Assembly: GCA_964245705.1 (NCBI GenBank)
Contig: CAXTOD010000001.1
Coordinates: 1 to 47,952, forward strand
Reading direction: 5' to 3'
Length of the DNA: 47,952 bases
Source of the DNA: an uncultured Acetobacteraceae bacterium
GTDB lineage: Bacteria > Pseudomonadota > Alphaproteobacteria > Acetobacterales > Acetobacteraceae
In this document: in pieces, positions 27,829 through 36,461 of the stretch
Layout of the letters: the number at the start of each line of letters is the position of its first letter
Position numbering within the stretch: the first letter of the stretch is position 1
Program-made: the position numbers and the translations under genes
The notes under the pieces: model-generated
The model's input: only the letters and a program-made list of their open reading frames with translations
What the model was told of the DNA's origin: nothing
Database searches by the model: none

Positions 27829-28352
27829 CGCTCGGCGCAGGTGCTGCCGGCGGTGTCGTCGGCGCCGTCGGCTCCATCCTGGGCGGCGAGGGCCAGGCGG
27901 CGAACGACCGTTACCAGGCGCAGGTCGCGCAGCGCAACGCGACTCTGGCGGCGGGTGCCGCGGACACGGCGCTGGCGCAGGGGCAGGTCGCGGCCCAGCA
28001 GCAGTACCAGGTCGGGTCGCAGCGGCTCGGTCAGGCCCGGGCGGCCGAGGGCGCGAACGGCATCGACGTGAACAGCGGCTCGGCACGGGACGTGCAGTCC
28101 GGCATCGCCCGCACCACGGCGCTGAATGTCGGCGCGACGACCTACAACGCCGACGTCCAGGCGGTGAGCGACCGGAACCAGACGGCGAACTACGACACGC
28201 AGGCGAATGTGGACCAGACGGCGGCCAGCAACGCGGTCACGTCCGGGTTCATCGGCGCCGGCACCAGCCTGATCGGCTCGGCGTCGTCCGTGGCCGGCAA
28301 GTGGGCCTCGTTCCAAGCGGCCGGCGTCAATCCCTTCGGAGGGCTCACCTGA
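27816..28352 (+). CDS. Small internal virion (ejection) protein, gp14-like
   Basis: Hydrophobic G/A-rich N-terminus, GQARAAEGANGIDVNSGS. Confidence 0.8.
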   Translation: MGAVALGAGAAGGVVGAVGSILGGEGQAANDRYQAQVAQRNATLAAGAADTALAQGQVAAQQQYQVGSQRLGQARAAEGANGIDVNSGSARDVQSGIARTTALNVGATTYNADVQAVSDRNQTANYDTQANVDQTAASNAVTSGFIGAGTSLIGSASSVAGKWASFQAAGVNPFGGLT

Positions 28353-31342
28353 TGGCGCAGGTCCCCGATCCCGGCGCGCCGCAGAGCGTCCTGCCGGATC
28401 GCATCGCCGACACCACGCAGCGGGTCGAGACCTCGCCCGAGGCGTTCGGCATGGGCATCGGTACGTCGCTTCAGCAGATGGGTCAGGTGTTCGGCCAAGC
28501 GTCCGGCGAAGCTGCGGATGTAATGTTGCAGCGGCAGATGCAGGCCAACCAGATCCAGGCCAACAGCGCCAGCAACCAATACATTTCAGGTTCGCAGAAG
28601 ATTCTCTATGGCGACCCGAACGATCCCAGCAAGCCAGGCTTCCTGACCCTCCATGGCCAAGATGCTGTTGCCGCCGCGCCTGGTGTGGAAAAGCAGCTGG
28701 ACGACCTGCGGAACAGCATCTCCGGGAGCCTCACCAACCCCCGCCAGCAGGTGGCCTTCGATCAGGACGCCCGGCGCTACCAAGCGATGTTCGGCGCTTC
28801 CGTCGCGGACCATTTCGGGAAGCAACAGGCAGAGAGCGCGACGGCAGAAGCCGACGCCGCCGTTACGCTTAATCATCAGGTCGGCGCGGGCAACTACAGC
28901 ACCCCTGGTGCCATGGGCATGGCACTCGGCAAGAGCCAAGACGTGGTGAGACAACACGGCCAAGCGATGGGGTGGGGTCCTGATCAGACGCAGGTGGCGC
29001 TGCAGTCCGACCGGGACACCTTCTTCGCCAAGGCAGCCGAGGCGGCGGCCGGCGACAACCCGGAGACGGCGCAGGCGCTGCTGGTATCGAACCGGAACCT
29101 GATGTCTCCCGCCGCCTACGCGCAGCTGACCGAGCAGCTGAAGCCCAAGGTGCAACAGGCGCAGGCGGATCGGATCACCCAGAGCATCATCGGCAACCCG
29201 GGCGGCGCGGTGGTGGGCATTCCGGGCGGCACGTCGCTGGACGGTGTCTGGACCTCCATGAAGGGCATCGAGAGCGGCGGCCGGCAGTTCGGCGCCGACG
29301 GCCAGCCGGTGTCGTCCGGCGTTGGGGGAGCGGACGCGCCGGTCGGCGTGGCGCAGATCAAGCCCAGCACGGCGCAGGGCGTGGCGGCGGCCGTGGGACT
29401 GCCCTACGACGAGGCGCGGCTGCGGAACGACCCGGCCTACAACGAGGCGCTGGGCAAGGAATACCTTCACCAGATGACCGACCGCTACGGCGGGAACCGG
29501 ACCCTGGCGGTCGCGGCCTACAACGCCGGGCCCGGCCAGGTCGACCAGTGGATCAAGCAGAACGGCGACCCGCGAAACGGCCAGATCAGCGACAGCCAGT
29601 GGGCGCAGGCGATCCCGGTGTCGGAAACCCGGAACTACGTGGCGCGCGTGGCCAGCGAGAACGGAGGCAGCGCGCCGGCCGCGCCGGGCACCTATCAGGA
29701 GCCGGACCTAGATGGGCAGATCGCGCTGGCGCAGCAGCGCACGGCCGGCCTGCCGATCGAGGTCCAGGACCGCGTCATCGCCGCCGTCGAGCGGACCTAC
29801 CACCTGCAGATGGCACAGACAGCCACGGCGCGCTCGGCGCTCGGCGAGCAGGTCAAGAACCTAAACGCGGCCTACATGAACGGCGACACCACCACCGCCA
29901 TTCCGGAGCAGAAGATCCGGTCGCTGCTGCCGCCGGACAAGGCCGACGAGACGGTGCAGGCGCTGCATATCGAGCAGCAGGCCGGCATCGCCTTCAAGGG
30001 CGTGCAATGGGCTTCGCCGGACCAGGAGCAGGTGACCCGGCAGCAGCTGGAGGACCCGAACAGCCTGATCGCCAACCGGATCCGGCTCAAGGGCAAGACG
30101 CTGACCGGCGGCGGCGTGGTGCAGCCGGCAAGATACACGCCCGGCAGCCTGCCGATGGCGCAGCAGGACGGAGCGCCGGACACCGCTGCCATCGCCACCG
30201 ATCCGGCCGGCGGCGCGGCCGCGCCCGTGGTCGACACGCCGGACAACGCCGAGCTGCGGCAGAAGGTGGCGCAGCGCTACGAGGCGATGCTGAACCAGAA
30301 GCATGCCGCACTGGCCGCTGATCCTGCGGCCTATGTGGCCGGGCATCCGACGGTGCTTGCGGCCGAGCAGGCGATCGATCCGAACGACCCGAGCACGTTC
30401 CAGGCCTACCAGCGCGCATCGCTGGCGGTGCAGACGCAGCTGGGCGTTGCGAACCCGCGGATCCTGGGCAACCAGCAGGTCCATGACATTGTGCAGAAGC
30501 TGACCACGGCGGATCCATCCAAGGTCGACGTGGGCAACCTGCTCGACCAGACGGCCAAGGCCTACGGCCCGATGTGGCACCAGGCGTTCGGCGAGCTGGT
30601 GACGCAGGGCAAGCTGCCGGCCGACTACCAGACGCTGGCGACCATGGATCTGCCTGGGCAGGCGGCGGCCCGAGCCGATTTCCAGCGCGCGCTCCAGGCT
30701 GGAACTGTCGAGCAGCTGAAGACCGCTGCGACGCCCGATTACGTCAAGCAGATCGACGGTGGCCCGGGCAACTCGGCTCTCGACAGCGACGCCAATCTGG
30801 TCGCGTTCAAGAAGAGCACGGAGGTCGGGACGCCCGGCGGCGTCGCGCTCTACGATACCGTCCGTTCAAGCATCCAGCGGCTGGCCTACTATTACTCTTC
30901 GCAAGGGACGAATGGGACCACCGCCGTCGCCAATGCTTCGGCTGCTATTCTCGGCCAGCGCTACGACTTCGACGGCACGATGCGCGTCCCGAAGGGTATG
31001 TTGTCGCAGGTGCAGGCGGCGACCGATCAGGTGACGGCCGGGCTGAAGCCGGGCGACCTGCAGGACATCGGCGGCATGCGCGGCCTGACCGCCACCGACC
31101 GGCAGAGCTCGTTCATCGGCGCGGCCAAGGCCGGCCAATGGATGCCGAACGCCGACGATACCGGGCTCGACCTCACCGCGACGCTGCGCGACGGCCAGGT
31201 GCGCCGCGTGCTGCGCGCCGACGGCTCGCCGGTGTCCGTCTCGTTCGACGACGTGCGCGCCGGCCGCTATCTGCCGCCCAAGCCGGTGCCAGCGCCGGGC
31301 AGCACCACGGCTGCCGACAGCGTCCTGGCCGAGATCCACTGA
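28352..31342 (+). CDS. Internal virion protein with lytic transglycosylase (SLT) domain
   Basis: IESGG, GVAQIKPSTA, AVAAYNAGPG, IPVSETRNYV; TGATG coupling. Confidence 0.88.
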   Translation: MAQVPDPGAPQSVLPDRIADTTQRVETSPEAFGMGIGTSLQQMGQVFGQASGEAADVMLQRQMQANQIQANSASNQYISGSQKILYGDPNDPSKPGFLTLHGQDAVAAAPGVEKQLDDLRNSISGSLTNPRQQVAFDQDARRYQAMFGASVADHFGKQQAESATAEADAAVTLNHQVGAGNYSTPGAMGMALGKSQDVVRQHGQAMGWGPDQTQVALQSDRDTFFAKAAEAAAGDNPETAQALLVSNRNLMSPAAYAQLTEQLKPKVQQAQADRITQSIIGNPGGAVVGIPGGTSLDGVWTSMKGIESGGRQFGADGQPVSSGVGGADAPVGVAQIKPSTAQGVAAAVGLPYDEARLRNDPAYNEALGKEYLHQMTDRYGGNRTLAVAAYNAGPGQVDQWIKQNGDPRNGQISDSQWAQAIPVSETRNYVARVASENGGSAPAAPGTYQEPDLDGQIALAQQRTAGLPIEVQDRVIAAVERTYHLQMAQTATARSALGEQVKNLNAAYMNGDTTTAIPEQKIRSLLPPDKADETVQALHIEQQAGIAFKGVQWASPDQEQVTRQQLEDPNSLIANRIRLKGKTLTGGGVVQPARYTPGSLPMAQQDGAPDTAAIATDPAGGAAAPVVDTPDNAELRQKVAQRYEAMLNQKHAALAADPAAYVAGHPTVLAAEQAIDPNDPSTFQAYQRASLAVQTQLGVANPRILGNQQVHDIVQKLTTADPSKVDVGNLLDQTAKAYGPMWHQAFGELVTQGKLPADYQTLATMDLPGQAAARADFQRALQAGTVEQLKTAATPDYVKQIDGGPGNSALDSDANLVAFKKSTEVGTPGGVALYDTVRSSIQRLAYYYSSQGTNGTTAVANASAAILGQRYDFDGTMRVPKGMLSQVQAATDQVTAGLKPGDLQDIGGMRGLTATDRQSSFIGAAKAGQWMPNADDTGLDLTATLRDGQVRRVLRADGSPVSVSFDDVRAGRYLPPKPVPAPGSTTAADSVLAEIH

Positions 31343-33606
31343 TGGTCGGTTTCTACCAGGGCAGCGCTGCCGATTTCAGCGAACCGGAGCAGCAGCAGGG
31401 CACCAGCCTGCTGCCGACCACCACCGACCAGGTGACCGGGCAGACGCTGTCGGCCGACATCCGCGGCAGCCTGCTCTACCGCGGCGCGCAGTGGGCGAAG
31501 GAAGAGCTCGACCCGGGCGCGACCCTGACGGCCGCCGACGCCACGGCCAAGTACGGCATCCCCGGCACGCTGAAGTTCGACAGACCGGTGTCCGAGGCGA
31601 CGGCCTCCGACCTCTATGACCGGCACCACGCCGAGCTGATCCAGCAGGACATCGCGCAGCGGGCGCCGAACAGCATCCTGACCGGCAGCGCGGTGCAGGG
31701 CGCAATCGGCCTAGCCGGCGACATGTACGACCCGACCAACCTAGCGGCTGCGCTGATTCCCGGCGTGGGCGAGGCCCGGTTCGCCGGGCTGCTGGGGGAC
31801 AGCGCGCTCGGCCGGATCGGCGCCAAGGCGGCGGCGGGTGCGGCCACCGGCGGCATCGCCATGGCCGCCATGGAGCCGCTGAACTATGCGCTGAGCCAGC
31901 ACGAGCAGGAGGACTGGTCCTTCGCCGGGGCGCTGCGCAACATCGCCTTCGGCTCGCTGATCGGCGGCGGCGCGCACGTGCTGCCGGCGCTGCTGGGGCG
32001 CGACACCGACGCCGCGGCGGACGCGGCCACGCACGACGAGGCGGTGGCGGCCTCGCCGGTGTCGCAGGCCGCCGAGGCGATGACGTCCCAGGCGCGCGAG
32101 CAGGTGTTCCGGGCAGGGATGGCGCAGACGCTGGACGACATGCCGGTGGACATCGACCCGGTGATGAAGGTGGCGACGGCAGAAGCCGATGCGAAAGATC
32201 CCGCACCGTCTAAGCCGCCCCTCGCGCCTGGCGACCTGGGGCGGGTCCCGGACGGCATCCCGAACCTGCCGGCCGGACCGGTGCGGCTTGAGGACGGCTG
32301 GCACAACGAGAACACCGGCAACGGCATGGGGCTGGCGCATATCGAGGCGCAGCACGGGGACCAGATCCGGGCCGCAGGCTATCCGGATGCGCAGCATTTC
32401 GTGTCGAGCATCGCGCGGAACTTCAACGAGGTCCGCCAGCAGAACGACGGCACCGTGTTCCTCGTCCGCAAGGATCGAGAACGCTTGGCACCGAGGAACA
32501 GCAACGGAGCGCTGATCGTCTCCCTGCGGCCCGAGCCGGACGGCCACTACACCGTCGTCACGGCGGGCAAGTTCGCCAACAGCTACATCGACCGGAGACA
32601 ACTGCTCTGGCAGTCGGAGCGCGAACCGCCTGCATCCCGTTCGGACGGGGAGCCCCCACCTTTGCCCCGCCGCGATGGTGAGTCCGGTTCGGCGGGCCCG
32701 TTGAGCACTAGGGACCAGAGCAATATTGATAGCTTAGCGCAGCCGACATCCGGGATCCAAGGCGAATCGCTCTTGTCATTCCTAACCCGCAAGGGCGGCG
32801 TGCGTGACCCCGGCGGCGATCTCGCGTCGATGGATGCCGGAAAGGCTCGTGTCGGCTTCCTGCGCAAGAACGGCGGCCTGCCGCTGGATCAGGCGCGGAG
32901 CATCGCCGAAGAGGCCGGCTACCTACCAGAAGGGTCCGATACGAACACGCTGCTTGATGCGATCGACGCCGAGCTGCGCGGCCAGAAGCGATTTGCAGAC
33001 GCCGGCGCGGACGACTCCTTCCGGCAGGGTCAGCAGTATGCCGTCGACATGCAGCGGGAGTCAGCCGCCCGGGAGAACGCCTACCACGCGATCCAGGACA
33101 TCGACGATGAACTGGACACGCCGCTGCCACCCGATGATTTCGAGCATGCGGTCGACCTGACGATGCAGGGGCTGCATCCGCAGGAAGCCGTCTATCAGGC
33201 GTCCCGATCCTCGGCGATGCGAGCCCTTGGGGTCGAGGGCGATCCGGTGCAGCGACAGGTGGCAGCTTTCCGCGACGCCAACACCGCGCTCCAGCAGCAG
33301 CACCCCCAGCAGACCGCCACCTCCCGCTTGGCCGAGGCAGCCGCAGCGCGCAGCTCGACCGCTGACAGCCTGGACGCGGTGAACCAGCAGATCGCGGACC
33401 TGGAGGCGCTGTATCGGCAGCCGGAGAGTGCGCAGCCGAAGCCGGCATCCGAGCCCGGCGCTTCGGGTGCCGAGCTCGCCCCCACGGAACCTGAAGCGCC
33501 GGCTGATCCCGAAATGCAGGCAGCCCAGGCCGGCGTCGACCTCGCCGAGCAGCACGCGGCGGCCATGGAACAGGCAGGCATCTGCCTGTCGAGGAGCGGT
33601 CTCTGA
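31342..33606 (+). CDS. Internal virion protein with inserted PBECR-like nuclease domain
   Basis: TGATG coupling; G/A-rich hydrophobic region (DPTNLAAALIPG), then GMGLAHIEAQH...YTVVTAG domain. Confidence 0.7.
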   Translation: MVGFYQGSAADFSEPEQQQGTSLLPTTTDQVTGQTLSADIRGSLLYRGAQWAKEELDPGATLTAADATAKYGIPGTLKFDRPVSEATASDLYDRHHAELIQQDIAQRAPNSILTGSAVQGAIGLAGDMYDPTNLAAALIPGVGEARFAGLLGDSALGRIGAKAAAGAATGGIAMAAMEPLNYALSQHEQEDWSFAGALRNIAFGSLIGGGAHVLPALLGRDTDAAADAATHDEAVAASPVSQAAEAMTSQAREQVFRAGMAQTLDDMPVDIDPVMKVATAEADAKDPAPSKPPLAPGDLGRVPDGIPNLPAGPVRLEDGWHNENTGNGMGLAHIEAQHGDQIRAAGYPDAQHFVSSIARNFNEVRQQNDGTVFLVRKDRERLAPRNSNGALIVSLRPEPDGHYTVVTAGKFANSYIDRRQLLWQSEREPPASRSDGEPPPLPRRDGESGSAGPLSTRDQSNIDSLAQPTSGIQGESLLSFLTRKGGVRDPGGDLASMDAGKARVGFLRKNGGLPLDQARSIAEEAGYLPEGSDTNTLLDAIDAELRGQKRFADAGADDSFRQGQQYAVDMQRESAARENAYHAIQDIDDELDTPLPPDDFEHAVDLTMQGLHPQEAVYQASRSSAMRALGVEGDPVQRQVAAFRDANTALQQQHPQQTATSRLAEAAAARSSTADSLDAVNQQIADLEALYRQPESAQPKPASEPGASGAELAPTEPEAPADPEMQAAQAGVDLAEQHAAAMEQAGICLSRSGL

Positions 33607-36194
33607 TGGCATCGGGCTACGAGAAGTGCCTGGACGAGATCGCCAAGGCCGGTGGCGAGGGCATCACGCGCGACACGGCGCAGGACATCCTCGACCAGGT
33701 GGACACCCGCCGCGAGCGCGTCATGCGGGAGCAGGGCTTGGACCGGGACGCCGCGATCCGGCAGGCCGCCAAGGAGCTCGGTGACGAAGCTCGCATGGCG
33801 GCGGCGATTGAGAAGCGGAACGCGCTGCTGAACCGTCAGGCGCGGGAGGCGCGACGCACCCGGATCGAGAACGCGCCCAACGTGGTGGACGGCATGCGCG
33901 CCGAGATCCACGGCATCAACACGCCGACCAAGGGCGGCCGGTTCTCGGCGCAGGCGGAGTGGCGCGCGCTGCAGGACGAGTATCAGGCCGGGATGGCGCG
34001 GGACCTGCAGAAGGCCGGGCTGTTCAAGGTGGCGCGCGGTGGCACGAAGGACGAGGCGATCGGCCGCGAGATGTTCGAGCTGTCCAAGGGCGCGGACGGC
34101 AAGCCGGGCATCAGCGGCGACAAGGAGGCGCTTCAGGTCGCGCAGATCTTCCACCGCTATCAGTCGCTGGCCAAGGAGGGCGTGAACAAGGTCGGCGGGT
34201 GGATCGGCGACTATGCCGGCTACATCACCCGCACCAGCCACGACGCCGACAAGATCCGGCAGGCCGGGCTCGATGCGTGGAAGGCAGAGATCCTGCTCAA
34301 GCTCGACCAGGACCGGACCTTCGAGGGCGTCGACAACCGGGACGGCTTCCTGAACAGCACGTGGCACGCGCTCACGACCGGTGTGCACATCGGCAAGGAC
34401 GGACCGGTCGGTCTCAAGGACCCTGCCTTCACCGGTCCAGGCAACGCCGCGAAGAAGGCAAGCCAGGAGCGCCTCCTGCACTTCAAGGATGCGCAATCCT
34501 GGATCGACTACAACAAGCAGTTCGGCCACGGGTCGCTGCTGCGCTCGCTGATGAGCAACCTGGAGCGCTCGGCCCGGCTCACCGCGATCATGCGCCGGTT
34601 CGGCACCAACCCGCGCGCCGAGTTCGAGCAGGATCTGCGGCACTTCCAGGAGAGCCTGCGCGAGACCGACCCGGAGCAGGTGGCGAAGGTTCAAAACTGG
34701 CGCCAGGCGCTGCAGAACCGGTTCGACGTGCTGGACGGCACCTCCAGCATCCCGGTCAACCGGCAGGCCGCGCGCATCGCGTCGCTGGTGCGCCTGGACG
34801 AGAGCATGGCGAAGCTGGGCGGCGTGGCGCTTACCCACCTGTCCGCCGGCATGACCCGGGCGGCCGAGCTGCGCCACCATGGCATCGGCTTCCTGGAGAA
34901 CTACGGCGACTACGCCAAGTCCTTCTTCCGCGGGCGCGGCCGGAGCACCGACACGAAGGAGGTGGCCGATCTGCTGCATGCCGGTCTGGACGGGCTGGTG
35001 AACGACATCCGGTCCCGGTTTGATCCGGACGACGGGCTGCCGGGCCGGGCCAGTTCGATCGCCAACACCTACTTCAAGTACACCGGCCTGACCTACCTCT
35101 ACGACGCCATGCGCAGCGGCGCCGAGATGCTGCTGTCCCGGCATCTCGGCCGCAACCTCCAGCACGGCTTCGGCGCGCTGCCGGACGAGCTGCGCACCAT
35201 GCTGACCGCCTACGACGTGTCGCCGGAGGAATGGGAGATGCTCCGGGGCGTGCCGGACCATACGCAGGCGCACGGCCGCACCTTCCTGACGCCGGACGCG
35301 GGCGAGCGGGTGGATACCGCCGCCATGGAGGCGGCGCTGCGCGACCGCGGCGCCATCCCGGACGGGGCGAAGCAGGACGGCGTCGACCGGGCTGTGGCGG
35401 ACGGCCGGCAGGCGCTGGCGATGAAGCTGCACGCCTACATCAACGACACCGGCGGCCGGGCCATGATCAGCCCCGGCGTCGAGGAGCGCGCGATCCTGCT
35501 GCAGGGCACGCGGCCCGGCACGCCGGCCGGCGAGGCGCTGCGGTTCCTGGCGCAGTTCAAGCTGTGGCCCACGGCGCTGGTGACGCGCGGGCTGGGGCGC
35601 GAGATCTACAGCACCCGGACCGGCACACAGGCAGCCATCGGCATCGCGCACATGGCGGCCGCCGGCGCAGCGTTCGGCTACCTCCGCATGGTCATCAGCG
35701 ACCTGGCGTCCGGTCGGAACCCGCGCAACCCGATGGATCCGGCGACGGCAATCGCTGCCATCGCGCAGGGCGGCGGGCTCGGCATCTTCGGCGACTTCCT
35801 GTTCGGGCAGACCAGCCGCTTCGGGCACAGCTTCGCGGAGACGCTGGCAGGCCCGGTGCTGGGGGAAGGCGTCTCCGCGCTGATGGACATGTGGAACAAC
35901 ATGAAGCAGGTTGCCGTGTCGGCCGCGGAGGGCAACCCGCGCCAGTCGAAGGCGGCGGCCAAGAACCTGTCGGCCGATGCCTTCCGCACCACGATGAACC
36001 AGCTGCCGTTCGCCAACCTGTTCTATGCCCGCGCGATCTTTGAGTACTTCTTCACCCACCAGATCCAGGAGGCCATGTCGCCGGGCTATCTCCGTCGCTA
36101 CGAGCAGTCGGTCCGACGCAACACCGGGCAGACCTTCTGGCTGAGCCCATCGACGGGCAAGGCCAGCTGGCCAACTTTCTCGCCGGGGAACTGA
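33606..36194 (+). CDS. Large internal virion (ejection) protein
   Basis: ERLLHFKDAQSWIDYNKQFG, GEALRFLAQFK, QGGGLGIFGDFLF, LPFANLFY, MSPGYLRR. Confidence 0.82.
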   Translation: MASGYEKCLDEIAKAGGEGITRDTAQDILDQVDTRRERVMREQGLDRDAAIRQAAKELGDEARMAAAIEKRNALLNRQAREARRTRIENAPNVVDGMRAEIHGINTPTKGGRFSAQAEWRALQDEYQAGMARDLQKAGLFKVARGGTKDEAIGREMFELSKGADGKPGISGDKEALQVAQIFHRYQSLAKEGVNKVGGWIGDYAGYITRTSHDADKIRQAGLDAWKAEILLKLDQDRTFEGVDNRDGFLNSTWHALTTGVHIGKDGPVGLKDPAFTGPGNAAKKASQERLLHFKDAQSWIDYNKQFGHGSLLRSLMSNLERSARLTAIMRRFGTNPRAEFEQDLRHFQESLRETDPEQVAKVQNWRQALQNRFDVLDGTSSIPVNRQAARIASLVRLDESMAKLGGVALTHLSAGMTRAAELRHHGIGFLENYGDYAKSFFRGRGRSTDTKEVADLLHAGLDGLVNDIRSRFDPDDGLPGRASSIANTYFKYTGLTYLYDAMRSGAEMLLSRHLGRNLQHGFGALPDELRTMLTAYDVSPEEWEMLRGVPDHTQAHGRTFLTPDAGERVDTAAMEAALRDRGAIPDGAKQDGVDRAVADGRQALAMKLHAYINDTGGRAMISPGVEERAILLQGTRPGTPAGEALRFLAQFKLWPTALVTRGLGREIYSTRTGTQAAIGIAHMAAAGAAFGYLRMVISDLASGRNPRNPMDPATAIAAIAQGGGLGIFGDFLFGQTSRFGHSFAETLAGPVLGEGVSALMDMWNNMKQVAVSAAEGNPRQSKAAAKNLSADAFRTTMNQLPFANLFYARAIFEYFFTHQIQEAMSPGYLRRYEQSVRRNTGQTFWLSPSTGKASWPTFSPGN

Positions 36195-36397
36195 TGGGCA
36201 TCGTCATGCTCATCATGGGTGCCGGCCTCGCTTTCTGCGCTTGGCGAACGGATGACACGGCCTGTCGCTGGTTCTGGGGCGTGTTCGCCGTCCTGAACAT
36301 CGCCTGCGCGACGAACATGGCCCGGACCCATGACGTGCGCGCCTTCCACCTGATGCCAGCCGCCGAGAGCGACGACGCCGGAAGCTACCGCGACTGA
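36194..36397 (+). CDS. Small two-TM membrane protein
   Basis: TGATG coupling; two hydrophobic segments. Confidence 0.55.
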   Translation: MGIVMLIMGAGLAFCAWRTDDTACRWFWGVFAVLNIACATNMARTHDVRAFHLMPAAESDDAGSYRD

Positions 36398-36399
36398 CC

Positions 36400-36421
36400 G
36401 CCGTAACACCGCCATAACACC
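36400..36421 (+). promoter_or_regulatory. 11-bp direct-repeat late-promoter motif, copy 3 (units swapped)
   Basis: GCCGTAACACC-GCCATAACACC in the intergenic space before tailspike 3 and the lysis genes. Confidence 0.75.
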
Positions 36422-36461
36422 GGCCCGGTAGGCCGACCGCACCATCTGGAGTGCGGTGCCG

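Noticed and set aside
15118-36421. CRISPR-like or att-type interpretation of the TAACAC repeats
   Set aside because: Only dispersed pairs with no spacers or cas genes; their positions fit promoters.
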